From the NCBI GenBank assembly GCA_020638285.1, contig JACKIV010000002.1, forward strand, positions 291,296 through 355,295: a DNA stretch of 64,000 bases, written 5' to 3'. Below are positions 1 through 10,001 of this stretch, piece after piece. The stretch comes from Rhodospirillales bacterium (GTDB taxonomy: Bacteria > Pseudomonadota > Alphaproteobacteria > Micavibrionales > Micavibrionaceae). Numbering within the stretch: position 1 is the first letter of the stretch; the number at the start of each line of letters is the position of its first letter. The notes under the pieces were generated by a model that was not told the origin of the DNA, did not search any database, and saw nothing but the letters and a program-made list of their open reading frames with translations. Position numbers and translations under genes: made by a program.

Positions 1-2627
1 ACGGTCTGAAGCCCGTTCACCGGCGCATTCTGTACGCCATGCGCGAGGGCGGGTACACATCGGACAAGCCTTATCGCAAATCCGCCCGCATCGTCGGGGA
101 CGTCATGGGACAATATCACCCCCATGGCGATTCCGCGATTTATGACTCCCTTGTGCGGATGGCGCAGGATTTCTCGCTGCGGCTTTTGCTTGTGGACGGC
201 CAGGGGAATTTCGGCTCCATGGACGGCGACCCGCCTGCGGCCATGCGCTATACCGAGGCGCGTCTGGCCAAGGCTGCCGAAGCCATGCTGGACGATATCG
301 ACAAGGATACGGTCGATTTCCAGCCAAATTATGACGAATCGACGACCGAGCCCTGCGTTCTGCCTTCGCGCATTCCGAATCTGCTCGTCAATGGCGCGGG
401 CGGGATTGCTGTCGGGATGGCCACGAACATTCCGCCGCACAACCTGAACGAAGTGATTGATGCGTGCTGCGCCTTTGTCGATAACCCGGAGATTTCGAAC
501 GAGGAACTTATAACGTTCATTCCCGGCCCTGACTTTCCCACGGGCGGCCAGATTCTGGGGCGCAACGGGATTCGTTCGGCCTATATGACCGGAAATGGCT
601 CTGTGACCGTCCGGGCAAAGACCTCCATTGAGATGATTCGCGAAAAACGTGAGGCCATCATCGTTCACGAAATTCCCTATCAGGTGAACAAGGGACGGTT
701 GCTGGAGCGGCTGGGCGAGGTTGCGCGGGAAAAAATCGTGGAGGGAATCGCGGAAGTGCGCGACGAATCCGACCGTGACGGGGTGCGGATCGTCATCGAG
801 CTGCGGCGCGAGGCTGTGGCGGATGTGGTGCTCAACCAGCTGTTCCGCCACACGGCGCTTCAGACCTCGTTTGGATGCAACATGGTGGCGCTCGACCACG
901 GACGTCCGCGCACGATGCTGCTGCGCGATATGATCGTGGCGTTTATCAAATTCCGGGAAGAGGTTATCGCCCGCCGGACGGCCTTTGAACTGGGCAAGGC
1001 CCGCGACCGCGCCCATGTTCTGGCCGGGCTGGCCATTGCCGTTGCCAATATCGACGAGGTGATCGCCCTGATTCGCCGGGCGAAAGACCCGAACGAGGCG
1101 CGCGAGGGGCTCATGGCCCGCAACTGGCCCGCGCGGGATGTGGCGCCGCTCATTGCGCTTATTGACGATCCGGAGTATCCGGTCCTTGAGGACGGGACAT
1201 ATAAGATGTCCGAGGCGCAGGCCAAAGCCATTCTGGATCTGCGTCTGCACCGCCTGACGGGGCTGGAGCGAGACAAGATCGGCGAGGAACTGCGCGGGAT
1301 TGCGGCGAAAATCACCGAATATCTGGCGATTCTGGCGAGCCGGGAGCGGCTTTTGGAGGTTCTGCGGGCCGAGCTTCTGGAAATGAAAGAAAAATTCGGC
1401 ACGCCCCGGCGGACCGAGCTGGTGGACTCGGAATTCGAGGCGGATATCGAGGCGCTCATCCAGCGCGAGGATATGGTTGTCACCATCACGCACGGCGGTT
1501 ATGTCAAGCGCGTGCCTCTGGCCACCTATCGGGCCCAGCGACGCGGCGGCAAGGGCCGGGCGGGTATGCAGACCAAGGAAGAGGATTTCGTCTCGGAATT
1601 GTTTATCGCCTCGACCCACACGCCGATTCTATTTTTCACCACGCGGGGGGTTGTTTTCAAGCTCAAGGTCTGGCAACTGCCGCTCGGCACGCCCCAGGCG
1701 CGCGGCAAGGCCATGGTCAATATCCTGCCGCTTCAGCCCGGGGAGACGATTTCCGTCGTCATGCGTCTGCCTGAGGATGAGGCCGCGTGGGAAAATCTGG
1801 ATGTCATGTTCGCCACGTCCGAGGGCGGCGTACGGCGCAACCGTCTGTCCGACTTTGGCAATATCCGCTCTAACGGCCTGATCGCCATGAAGCTGGAGGG
1901 GGAGGAGCAACTCGTCTCTGTCAAAATATGTAAAGATGACGAGGATGTCATGCTTGCCACCCGTCTGGGCAAGGCAATTCGGTTCCCCGTGTCCGATGTG
2001 CGCGTGTTTTCGGGGCGGACCTCCACGGGGGTGCGGGGGGTCAAGCTTGCAACGGGCAAGGAGGACGCCGTCATTTCCATGTCGATCCTGCGCCATGTTG
2101 AGGCAAGCGCGGAAGAGCGCGCGGCTTATCTGAAGCGCGCGGCGAGGCTGCGCGGCGTTGAGGAGGATTCTACGGAAATTCAATCCGGTGGAGATGAGGA
2201 CGCAGAGACCGCCGTCGCGATTGAGTTGTCCGAGGACCGATTCCGCGAACTGGCCGCGCGCGAGCAGTTTTTGCTGACCGCGACATCGGGCGGATTTGGA
2301 AAACGCACGTCGGCCTATGAATATCGCCTGTCCGGACGCGGGGGGCAGGGCGTGGCGAATATGGGCCTGACGAAGAAAAACGGCGGCGAGGTTGTGGCGA
2401 CATTTCCGGTGACGGACGATCATCACCTGATGCTTGTGACCGATGGCGGCCAGCTCATTCGCATTCCCGCGCGCGATATTCGTCTGACCGGGCGGGGCGC
2501 GCAGGGTGTAACGCTGTTCCGCGTGGGCGAGGGCGAGAAAGTCGTCTCGGTCGCCTGGCTGGTGGAAGACTCGGAAGAATCGGATGATGTTGCAGGCGAT
2601 GTAAGCACTGATTCTGTGGGCGAATAA
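1..2627 (+). CDS. gyrA: DNA gyrase subunit A (5' end cut by window edge)
   Basis: The frame is open from nt 3; [13 protein letters not shown] precedes the listed ORF start at 39. Motifs: [42 protein letters not shown], and the GyrA-box QRRGGKG ahead of a long C-terminal pinwheel region. Size class is about 900 aa. Confidence 0.95.
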   Translation, partial: GLKPVHRRILYAMREGGYTSDKPYRKSARIVGDVMGQYHPHGDSAIYDSLVRMAQDFSLRLLLVDGQGNFGSMDGDPPAAMRYTEARLAKAAEAMLDDIDKDTVDFQPNYDESTTEPCVLPSRIPNLLVNGAGGIAVGMATNIPPHNLNEVIDACCAFVDNPEISNEELITFIPGPDFPTGGQILGRNGIRSAYMTGNGSVTVRAKTSIEMIREKREAIIVHEIPYQVNKGRLLERLGEVAREKIVEGIAEVRDESDRDGVRIVIELRREAVADVVLNQLFRHTALQTSFGCNMVALDHGRPRTMLLRDMIVAFIKFREEVIARRTAFELGKARDRAHVLAGLAIAVANIDEVIALIRRAKDPNEAREGLMARNWPARDVAPLIALIDDPEYPVLEDGTYKMSEAQAKAILDLRLHRLTGLERDKIGEELRGIAAKITEYLAILASRERLLEVLRAELLEMKEKFGTPRRTELVDSEFEADIEALIQREDMVVTITHGGYVKRVPLATYRAQRRGGKGRAGMQTKEEDFVSELFIASTHTPILFFTTRGVVFKLKVWQLPLGTPQARGKAMVNILPLQPGETISVVMRLPEDEAAWENLDVMFATSEGGVRRNRLSDFGNIRSNGLIAMKLEGEEQLVSVKICKDDEDVMLATRLGKAIRFPVSDVRVFSGRTSTGVRGVKLATGKEDAVISMSILRHVEASAEERAAYLKRAARLRGVEEDSTEIQSGGDEDAETAVAIELSEDRFRELAAREQFLLTATSGGFGKRTSAYEYRLSGRGGQGVANMGLTKKNGGEVVATFPVTDDHHLMLVTDGGQLIRIPARDIRLTGRGAQGVTLFRVGEGEKVVSVAWLVEDSEESDDVAGDVSTDSVGE

Positions 2628-2701
2628 GATCTTGATTTCGTTGTGGCCTTTGTGTGCGCCGTGTTTCAAAACATTCTGGTGAAAAAAAGAGCTCTGTAAA
2701 T

Positions 2702-4720
2702 ATGGCCGATTTATTCAGCACCGCAAAGCCCCGTAAATCTTCCTCTTCCCAGACGTACGATGCGGCGGATATCGAGGTTCTGGAAGGACTGGAGCCTGTC
2801 CGCAAGCGCCCCGGCATGTATATCGGCGGGACGGACGAGCGCGCGCTGCATCACCTTGTGGGCGAGATTCTGGATAATGCGATGGACGAGGCCGTGGCGG
2901 GTCATGCGGATCGCATCGGTTTTTCTCTCGGGACCGGGAATATCGTCACTGTTACGGATAACGGGCGGGGAATTCCGGTCGATCATCACCCGAAATTTCC
3001 GAAAAAATCGGCGCTTGAGGTCATTCTGACCACGCTCCATTCGGGCGGAAAATTCTCCGGCAAGGCTTATGCGACCTCCGGCGGGCTGCATGGCGTGGGG
3101 ATTTCCGTGGTCAATGCCTTGTCCGACGACATGTCCGTCGAGGTCGCCCGTGAAGGAAAGCTGTATCGCCAGACCTATGCGCGGGGGCTTGCGACTTCAA
3201 AACTGGAATCCCTGGGGGCGGTCAAGGGGCGCAAGGGGACGACGGTGCAGTTCCACCCGGACCCGGAAATTTTCGGCGAAAGCGCCGCGTTCAAACCGGC
3301 CTGGCTTTACCATATGGCGCGGTCCAAGGCCTATCTGTTTCGCGGGGTTCAGATTCACTGGTCCTGCGATCCGGCTCTTTTGAAATCCGAAAAATCCATT
3401 CCGGAAAACGAAATCATTCATTTTCCCAATGGTTTGCTTGACTTTCTTGAGTCCGAGCTTGAAGGGCGTCCGGCCTTCACCCCGCGCGCATTTCATGGTC
3501 AGGCAAACCTGCCCGATTCGGCGGGCCGGATCGAATACGCCATTTCCTGGCCCGAGGATGGCGACGGGTTCATCCATTCTTATTGCAATACGATTCCCAC
3601 CTCGCAAGGGGGCACGCATGAAACGGGGCTGCGCGCGGCCCTGACCCGGTCGCTGCGCGGGTATGGCGAGATGACTGGAAACCGGCGCGCGGCGGCCATT
3701 ACCGCCGAAGACGTGATGTCCGGCGCGGCGGCCTTGTTGTCCGTTTTTATCCGCGAGCCGCAGTTTCAGGGCCAGACCAAGGAAAAACTGACCAACACCG
3801 AAGCTGCGAAATGGGTCGATACTGCCATCAAGGACCTGTTCGACCACTTTTTGTCTTCCGACCCCGCCGGGGCCAAAATCCTGCTGGATTCGATCATCGA
3901 CAAGGCCGAAGAGCGGGCGCGGCGCAAGGAAGACAAGACTCTGGCCCGGAAATCGGCGACGCGCCGCCTGCGCCTGCCCGGAAAACTGGCCGATTGCAGC
4001 CGGTCCGAGTCCTCGGGAACGGAGCTGTTCATCGTCGAAGGAGACTCGGCGGGCGGGTCGGCCAAGCAGGGGCGCAACCGCGAGACTCAGGCCATTCTCC
4101 CCTTGCGGGGGAAGATCCTGAACGTGGTCAGTGCTACGGCGGACAAAATCCGGGCCAATCAGGAGATTCAGGATCTGATTCTGGCCCTCGGGTCCGGCGC
4201 GGGCAAGGATTTTTCTCTGGACGCCCTGCGGTACGAACGTATTATCATTATGACAGACGCGGATGTGGACGGGGCGCATATCGCTTCGCTCCTGATTACG
4301 TTTTTCTATACCCATATGCGCGAGATGATCGACCGGGGGCACCTGTATCTGGCCCAGCCGCCGCTCTATCGCCTGACGGGGGGCAGTGTCACCGCCTATG
4401 CCCGGGACGACGCGCACAAGGACCAGATTCTGAAAACAACCTTCAAGGGCAAGACCAAGGTTGATATCAGCCGGTTCAAAGGTTTGGGCGAAATGCCGGC
4501 GGTCCAGCTCCGCGAGACGACCATGAACCCGATGACCCGCACCCTGATCCGGGTCACGACGGATCATGCGCAGGATTTAAGCCGTGTTGTAACGGCCGGA
4601 AACGGAAAGGAAAAATCAGAAACGGACGATCTGGTGGATCGGCTCATGGGCCGCAACGCCGAGGCCCGTTTCCGGTTCATTCAGGATCATGCGGCCTTCG
4701 TTCAGGAGGTGGATATCTGA
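2702..4720 (+). CDS. parE: DNA topoisomerase IV subunit B
   Basis: GHKL ATPase N-terminus (YDAADIEVLEGLEPVRKRPGMYIGGTD, LDNAMDEA, DNGRGIPVD, GGLHGVG). Toprim motifs EGDSAGGSAKQGR and IMTDADVDGAHI. About 670 aa, lacking the extra insertion of proteobacterial GyrB. Start placed at ATG 2702 (MADLFS) inside the GTG-started ORF at 2654. Confidence 0.85.
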   Translation: MADLFSTAKPRKSSSSQTYDAADIEVLEGLEPVRKRPGMYIGGTDERALHHLVGEILDNAMDEAVAGHADRIGFSLGTGNIVTVTDNGRGIPVDHHPKFPKKSALEVILTTLHSGGKFSGKAYATSGGLHGVGISVVNALSDDMSVEVAREGKLYRQTYARGLATSKLESLGAVKGRKGTTVQFHPDPEIFGESAAFKPAWLYHMARSKAYLFRGVQIHWSCDPALLKSEKSIPENEIIHFPNGLLDFLESELEGRPAFTPRAFHGQANLPDSAGRIEYAISWPEDGDGFIHSYCNTIPTSQGGTHETGLRAALTRSLRGYGEMTGNRRAAAITAEDVMSGAAALLSVFIREPQFQGQTKEKLTNTEAAKWVDTAIKDLFDHFLSSDPAGAKILLDSIIDKAEERARRKEDKTLARKSATRRLRLPGKLADCSRSESSGTELFIVEGDSAGGSAKQGRNRETQAILPLRGKILNVVSATADKIRANQEIQDLILALGSGAGKDFSLDALRYERIIIMTDADVDGAHIASLLITFFYTHMREMIDRGHLYLAQPPLYRLTGGSVTAYARDDAHKDQILKTTFKGKTKVDISRFKGLGEMPAVQLRETTMNPMTRTLIRVTTDHAQDLSRVVTAGNGKEKSETDDLVDRLMGRNAEARFRFIQDHAAFVQEVDI

Positions 4721-4730
4721 TTTTTCGTGC

Positions 4731-6401
4731 CTAACGAGTGGCAATAACTTTCGTAAAATGATTGGTGATCGGGTATCGTCGGTCGCGACCAAAGGCGCGG
4801 GCGGTGATCTTGATTCCCGGTGGGGCCTGACGGCGCTTGTACTCCGCCGCATCCAGCATTTTCCAAACCTTTTCAACCGTTTCCGGATCATGTCCCCGCG
4901 CCACAATATCCGGTAGGCCCAGATCGGACTCAATCAAGGCCGCCAGAATATCGTCAAGCGTGTCATAAGGCGGCAGGCTGTCCTGATCCGTCTGATTGGG
5001 CTTGAGTTCCGCTGTCGGGGCTTTGGTCAGAATGCGTGCGGCTATGACCGGGCCGCGTGGTCCGTGTCCGCCGTCCGGCACGTTTTCGTTGCGCCAGCGC
5101 GCCAGCGCATAGACCTGCGTTTTATACAGATCTTTCAGCGGATTGAACCCGCCGCACATATCGCCATAGAGCGTCGCGTACCCCACCGCCATTTCCGACT
5201 TGTTCCCGGTAGACAGGACCAGAGCGCCGGTCGCGTTGGACAGGGTCATGAGGATCAGGCCCCGGCATCGTGGCTGGATATTTTCATGTGTTACGGACGG
5301 CGTTCCGGGCTCGAAATGCGGCTTGAGGATTGCGCCGAAAGCCTGCATTGGAAGATCAATGGGAACCGTGTCCATTCGCACGCCCAAGGCCTGCGCCACG
5401 CTTTGCGCATCGCTCAGACTGTCCTGCGAGGTATAGGGCGAGGGCATCATGACGCATCGCACGCGCCGTGGCCCAAGAGCGTCGACCGCAAGAGCGGCAC
5501 ACAGTGCGCTGTCGATCCCACCCGAAAGGCCAATCAGAACCCCGGGAAATCCGTTTTTCTCAACGTAATCGCGCAGACCCAGAACAAGAGCCTGCCAGAC
5601 TGCCGCCGGGCCTTCCTTGCGCGCGGGTGTGTCCGGGCCGCCGATGAGCCACGCGCCCCCCGTGTGCCTTTCAAAGGTCAGGCTGTGGACACACTCCGTA
5701 AATTCGGGAGCCTGAAAGACAACCGATCCGGCTTCGTTCATCACAAAGGACGCACCGTCGAAAATCAGTTCGTCCTGTCCTCCGACCTGATTGACATACA
5801 CCAAAGGCAAGTCCGTGTCTCTCACGCGCCGGACGGCATGGTCCTTGCGGAGGGAATCCTTGTCCATGTCCCACGGTGAGGCATTGACCGAAACCAGAAT
5901 ATCTGCGCCCAGTTTTTTCATATGCGCGGAAACGTCCGGGTGCCACATATCTTCACAGATCATCAGACCGATCTTGTGGTCGCCCAGTTCGACAGGCGCG
6001 GGCAGGGGACCCGGGGCAAAGACCCGCGATTCGTCGAAGACCCCGTAATCGGGCAGATGGTGCTTGGTTCGTGTGGCAATGATCCGTCCGTGTCCAATGA
6101 CATAAACGCCGTTGAACACCCGTCCTCGCATGCGCAAGGGGGCAGGCAGAATCAGAATTTCGGCGCGGGTATTGCTTTCTTCTGTGATGGCGCGGATGTG
6201 TTCATCGATTTTACTCAGGAAAAATGGCTTTGAAACAAGATCTTCAGGCGGGTATCCGCATACAGCCAGTTCAGGAAAAATCACCAGTCCACCGGACACG
6301 GACGCGCTGTCCCGGATTTTCCGGATCCTGGCCATATTATAGGACAAATCGCCCACAATCGGGTTGATCTGGGCGATGGTGATGTGCAGCGGTGCGGTCA
6401 T
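4731..6401 (-). CDS. nadE: Glutamine-dependent NAD+ synthetase
   Basis: N-terminal carbon-nitrogen hydrolase domain (HITIAQINPIVGD, FPELAVCGYPPEDL, GLMICEDMWHP) fused to an NAD synthetase PP-loop domain (GLSGGIDSALCAALA). 556 aa. Confidence 0.93.
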   Translation of the reverse strand: MTAPLHITIAQINPIVGDLSYNMARIRKIRDSASVSGGLVIFPELAVCGYPPEDLVSKPFFLSKIDEHIRAITEESNTRAEILILPAPLRMRGRVFNGVYVIGHGRIIATRTKHHLPDYGVFDESRVFAPGPLPAPVELGDHKIGLMICEDMWHPDVSAHMKKLGADILVSVNASPWDMDKDSLRKDHAVRRVRDTDLPLVYVNQVGGQDELIFDGASFVMNEAGSVVFQAPEFTECVHSLTFERHTGGAWLIGGPDTPARKEGPAAVWQALVLGLRDYVEKNGFPGVLIGLSGGIDSALCAALAVDALGPRRVRCVMMPSPYTSQDSLSDAQSVAQALGVRMDTVPIDLPMQAFGAILKPHFEPGTPSVTHENIQPRCRGLILMTLSNATGALVLSTGNKSEMAVGYATLYGDMCGGFNPLKDLYKTQVYALARWRNENVPDGGHGPRGPVIAARILTKAPTAELKPNQTDQDSLPPYDTLDDILAALIESDLGLPDIVARGHDPETVEKVWKMLDAAEYKRRQAPPGIKITARAFGRDRRYPITNHFTKVIATR

Positions 6402-6495
6402 GACGCGGTCCTCCCCATTCTTCCTACAACAAAGTGCGCTTTTCGCAAAGGTCGAAAGGCGGACTGGAAAAAATGCGGGCAGGTCTTCGGCGCGT

Positions 6496-6732
6496 TTATT
6501 CGCCCCGGTGTGCGCTGACGGAATAACCGCCGCTGAGCCAGGCGATGATTTCGTCTTTCTCGCGCAACTTTTCGGCGAGGACCTTGTTGGTGTGGCGGAG
6601 CGCCTGTGCGGTCGCTGCCATGCTCAGTTTCTCCAGAGCTTCGCTTTCTGCTTCGTCCTTCTGGAACAGGCAGAAAAGAAAGTCATTATCGTTTCCGGAT
6701 GTCCGGGGGTCAATCTCATTAAATCTGTTCAT
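6496..6732 (-). CDS. Small hypothetical protein (78 aa)
   Basis: ATG is preceded by a strong Shine-Dalgarno sequence (reverse complement reads tataAGGAGGcctgtcATG). The translation is charged and helical-looking, not the Arg/Pro-rich shadow type. No family recognised. Confidence 0.5.
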   Translation of the reverse strand: MNRFNEIDPRTSGNDNDFLFCLFQKDEAESEALEKLSMAATAQALRHTNKVLAEKLREKDEIIAWLSGGYSVSAHRGE

Positions 6733-7007
6733 GACAGGCCTCCTTATATAAGTCTGGATGGTTTTTCAAAACAATAAAACGCTGGAATGGACTCTGAAGA
6801 TCAAGGGGCTGCAAAGACGCGTACGTCCCCGGAAAGTCGCCCCGATAGAAGAAGACTCTTTTGTACGCAGGCAAAAGGAATATAAGGGGAGATATTACTC
6901 CTGTTTTTCTTGTTTGTGTAGAAAAAATTGTGGATAAAATTTATGGGTGGAGTCTGTAAAATGATTTTTTACAGAATATTGTTTCTTCGGCAGAGGGAAC
7001 AAGACGG

Positions 7008-8018
7008 TTACGCCAGCCCGGCCTGAAGGCAGTCCTGAAGCCGGATCAGGCCGATCAAGCGGCCTTTTTCAAGCACCACGAGGGATGTCAGATATCGCCC
7101 CGGCGTTCCGGTCATGACGTTCATGGCCTCGACGGCGAGTTGGTCTGCCTCGATGGTTTTGGGGGAGCGGCTCATCACCGTGACGACGGGTTTTTGCAAT
7201 AAATTCGGGGCCATATGGCGTTTCAGGTCGCCGTCCGTCACGATCCCCGCCAGATCGCCTTTTGAATCCAGAACAAGCACGCAGCCGAGATTTTTCTCGC
7301 TTAAGGCCAGAATGGCCTGGTCCATGGCCGCCGTATCGGGCAGGGTCGGGAGATTTTCGCCCGTATGCATCAATTCCCGCACGGTGACGAGCTTTCGGCC
7401 CAGTTTGCCGCCGGGGTGAAAGACCTTGAACTGCTCGGGCGTCAGACCGGCGCGCTCCAGCAACGCCACGGCCAGCGCATCGCCCAGGGCCAGCATCATG
7501 GTGGTCGAGGTGGTGGGCGCGAGACCATTGGGGCAGGCCTCAGGGGCTTCCGGCGCACGGGGCAGCATCAGGCGGATATCGGCATGTCTGGCCAGAGGGC
7601 TGTCCGGATTGGACGTCATGCTGATGAGGGTTATGCCAAATCTGCGCGTATAATGAATAAGATCTGACAACTCGGCATTCCCGCCGGAATAGGAGAGCAT
7701 CAAAACAATGTCATTCGGCGTGACCATGCCCAGATCGCCGTGGCTGGCTTCCCCCGGATGCACGAACATCGCGGGCGTGCCGGTTGAGGCGAGCGTGGCG
7801 GCCAGCTTGCGGGCGATATGACCGCTCTTCCCGATTCCTGCGACGATCAGGCGCGCTCCCGGTGTTTTTCGGATGGCGGCAACGGCCTCGACCGCGCGGG
7901 AAAACGATTCATCCAGCCCGGCGGCCAGCGCCTTGATCCCGGCGGCTTCTGTCTCCAGAACACGAACCCCGCAGGCGAGGTCGGATGTATCCTGATCTTT
8001 CAAAACGGGATGCGTCAT
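7008..8018 (-). CDS. kdsD: Arabinose-5-phosphate isomerase (KpsF/GutQ family: SIS domain plus two CBS domains)
   Basis: SIS motif GIGKSGHIARKLAATLASTGTPAMFVHPGEASHGDLGM. C-terminal CBS pair (VTVRELMH..., GIVTDGDLKR, GLIRLQDCLQAG). Start moved to the internal ATG (MTHPVLKD) with AGGGAA upstream. Confidence 0.9.
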   Translation of the reverse strand: MTHPVLKDQDTSDLACGVRVLETEAAGIKALAAGLDESFSRAVEAVAAIRKTPGARLIVAGIGKSGHIARKLAATLASTGTPAMFVHPGEASHGDLGMVTPNDIVLMLSYSGGNAELSDLIHYTRRFGITLISMTSNPDSPLARHADIRLMLPRAPEAPEACPNGLAPTTSTTMMLALGDALAVALLERAGLTPEQFKVFHPGGKLGRKLVTVRELMHTGENLPTLPDTAAMDQAILALSEKNLGCVLVLDSKGDLAGIVTDGDLKRHMAPNLLQKPVVTVMSRSPKTIEADQLAVEAMNVMTGTPGRYLTSLVVLEKGRLIGLIRLQDCLQAGLA

Positions 8019-8135
8019 GTTTTCCCTGTGTTTGTCTGCATTCAAAAGAATGCCGCTTTTTACCACAGATAAACGCAGACTTACACAGATAATCTGTGTC
8101 CATCTGTGGTCGTTTTTTTGAAAGGGTGAGGGATA

Positions 8136-8747
8136 TTAATGCGCAAAAATATCCACGTCCGGCCATCCGGCCAGATCAAGATCGGCGCGCACAGGCAGGC
8201 AGTCAAAGCACCGACGGGCCAGATCGGCGCGGCCTTCGCGGGCCAGCAGGACATCCAGTTTTTCCCGAATCTGGTGCAGATACAGCACGTCTCCGGCGGC
8301 GTAGGCGATCTGTTCGGGGGAGAGCGTGTCCGCCCCCCAGTCAGAAGACTGCTGTTGCTTGGAAATTTCGATGCCCAGAAGGTCCTTGCACAAATCCCGC
8401 AGACCATGGCGGTCCGTAAAGGTCCGGGTCAGGCGCGAGGCGATTTTGGTGCAATAGACGGGCGCGCAGTCAATATGCAAATAGGCCTTGAGCGCCGCCA
8501 CATCGAATCGGGCAAAATGGAAAATCTTGGTCACGCCGGGGTCGGTCAGAAGGCGCTTGAGATTCGGCGCATCATAGGAATCATACGGAAAACGAACCAG
8601 ATGCGCGTTCCCATCTCCCGCCGAAAGCTGAACCACGCATAAACGGTCCCGACCGGGCCGCAGACCCATGGTTTCGGTATCAATGGCGACAGACGTTCCA
8701 AAGGAAAGTCCATCCGGCAGATCGCCCGTGTGCAGCGTCGTGGTCAT
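8136..8747 (-). CDS. rnd: Short-form ribonuclease D / DEDD 3'-5' exonuclease
   Basis: AIDTETMGL (ExoI), KIFHFARFD (ExoII), YAAGDVLYLH (ExoIII). About 200 aa, the form typical of alphaproteobacteria. Confidence 0.88.
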   Translation of the reverse strand: MTTTLHTGDLPDGLSFGTSVAIDTETMGLRPGRDRLCVVQLSAGDGNAHLVRFPYDSYDAPNLKRLLTDPGVTKIFHFARFDVAALKAYLHIDCAPVYCTKIASRLTRTFTDRHGLRDLCKDLLGIEISKQQQSSDWGADTLSPEQIAYAAGDVLYLHQIREKLDVLLAREGRADLARRCFDCLPVRADLDLAGWPDVDIFAH

Positions 8748-8799
8748 AGGGAATGCCCGGTCTGGTCACGTAAAAACGAATATTCTTTAACAAAATCAA

Positions 8800-8885
8800 T
8801 GGTGCCCAGGAGAAGACTCGAACTTCCACAGCCTTGCGGCCACAAGTACCTGAAACTTGCGCGTCTACCATTTCGCCACCTGGGC
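8800..8885 (-). tRNA. tRNA-Leu (anticodon CAG)
   Basis: Reverse complement reads gcccaggtggcgaaatggtagacgcgcaagtTTCAGGTacttgtggccgcaaggctgtggaagttcgagtcttctcctgggcacca. It has a 7-bp acceptor stem, a long variable arm, a T-loop GTTCGAGTC and an encoded CCA. Confidence 0.93.
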
Positions 8886-9056
8886 TTTCAGGAGGTTTTT
8901 GTCTATCCCAGACCGAGGCGCTTGTCAAATACCGTTATTGACCTGAAGAATTAAAATTTTGAAGGTTAAAATTAACGAACTTTCTGGTAGACTCGCCCTG
9001 TTGTGTCTTTGCGGCCTTGCTTTTGAGGTCGTCTTATCCGTTCGTGTGGGGTTGTC

Positions 9057-9908
9057 ATGAAGATTCTTGTCGTGGACCGGGACCGCCTGAGCAGTCAGTT
9101 TATTCATAGCAGATTGACAGCGCAGGGGCATCAGGTTGTCGAGGAAAGCGTGAAAAACGAGGCGCTTGATCGCCTGAAGCGCGAGTCTTTCGATGCCGTT
9201 TTCATTGATCCTGCCCCTTTGACGAACGCCCGGCCTGTTGTTCTGGGAATTCGCCGTTCAACGGAGCGTTACCCTTATGTCATCCTGATGTCTCATAACG
9301 GGACGCTGGCGGATGCGGTTTCGATGGGGGCGAATGACGTTCTGATAAAGCCCATTGACGGGGCAGAACTGGATCTGAAGGTGCTCAATGCCCGTCGTCT
9401 GACGGATCTGGTCGCCCGAATCGGTGACGATTCCGAGGATTTTCCTTCGGCGGGCGGTGTGATTTCCAAATCAGCATTCAATCAGTTGTTTCTCTCGGCC
9501 ATCGACCGGGCGGATCGATATGGAGAAAAATCCTTTATCGTGTTCATAACGCTCAAGAATTATGACAGCATTCTGCAGACGACCGGAGCGTACGGGGCCG
9601 ACTATACGGTAGCCAAAATGGCGCAGTACCTTGTCCGGATGCGTCGCCAGAGCGATATCATTGCCCAGACCGCTCGCCATGAATATGCCTTGCTTCTCCA
9701 AAGGCCCCAATATGAGACGGAGCCCGTTGAGGCGGCCAACCGCTTTGCCGAGTCTTTGTCCAAATATGACGATATTCTGTCAAGCAGCGGAACGCCCGGT
9801 GAGATTTCGGTTCGTCTTGTGTCCCTGCCGGTTGGCGCGCAGTTGATTGAACACGCGGTTGGCGGCGGCGCAGGGACGGGTGTTTCTCAAAACAGTGCGC
9901 CGGCCTGA
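9057..9908 (+). CDS. Response regulator: receiver domain plus degenerate GGDEF-like domain
   Basis: Receiver residues are present (VVDRD, AVFID, ILMS, LIKP). The C-terminal domain has a GGDEF fold-like sequence, but ARHEY stands where GG[DE]EF is expected. Confidence 0.75.
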   Translation: MKILVVDRDRLSSQFIHSRLTAQGHQVVEESVKNEALDRLKRESFDAVFIDPAPLTNARPVVLGIRRSTERYPYVILMSHNGTLADAVSMGANDVLIKPIDGAELDLKVLNARRLTDLVARIGDDSEDFPSAGGVISKSAFNQLFLSAIDRADRYGEKSFIVFITLKNYDSILQTTGAYGADYTVAKMAQYLVRMRRQSDIIAQTARHEYALLLQRPQYETEPVEAANRFAESLSKYDDILSSSGTPGEISVRLVSLPVGAQLIEHAVGGGAGTGVSQNSAPA

Positions 9909-10001
9909 TTTCAAGAGTTTGTTTTTTCGCCCGCCGTGTTTTTTTGGTGACAAACCCCTCCTTGTGGGTCATAGATGCGGGAAAGCGAAGGATCTTACTC
10001 T

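Noticed and set aside
1629-2669. 346-aa minus-strand ORF (and several 60-210 aa ORFs) overlapping gyrA
   Set aside because: Antisense shadow ORF of a GC-rich gene. The translation is Arg/Gly/Pro/His-rich with no motifs, and gyrA on the opposite strand is unambiguous.
3197-4567. 456-aa minus-strand ORF and 217-aa plus-strand ORF inside parE
   Set aside because: Shadow or off-frame ORFs with low-complexity Arg/Gly/Pro composition. parE explains the region.
5064-5879. 271-aa plus-strand ORF inside nadE
   Set aside because: Antisense to a well-supported nadE. No recognisable domain.
6364-6777. 137-aa plus-strand ORF overlapping the small SD-preceded ORF
   Set aside because: It starts inside nadE on the opposite strand and lacks an RBS. 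The minus-strand 78-aa ORF has the far better translation signal.
8748-9056. Possible genomic-island boundary at tRNA-Leu(CAG), and likewise at tRNA-Leu(GAG) at 37458
   Set aside because: No integrase, no direct repeat of the tRNA 3' end, and housekeeping genes on both sides. There is nothing to support an integrated element.
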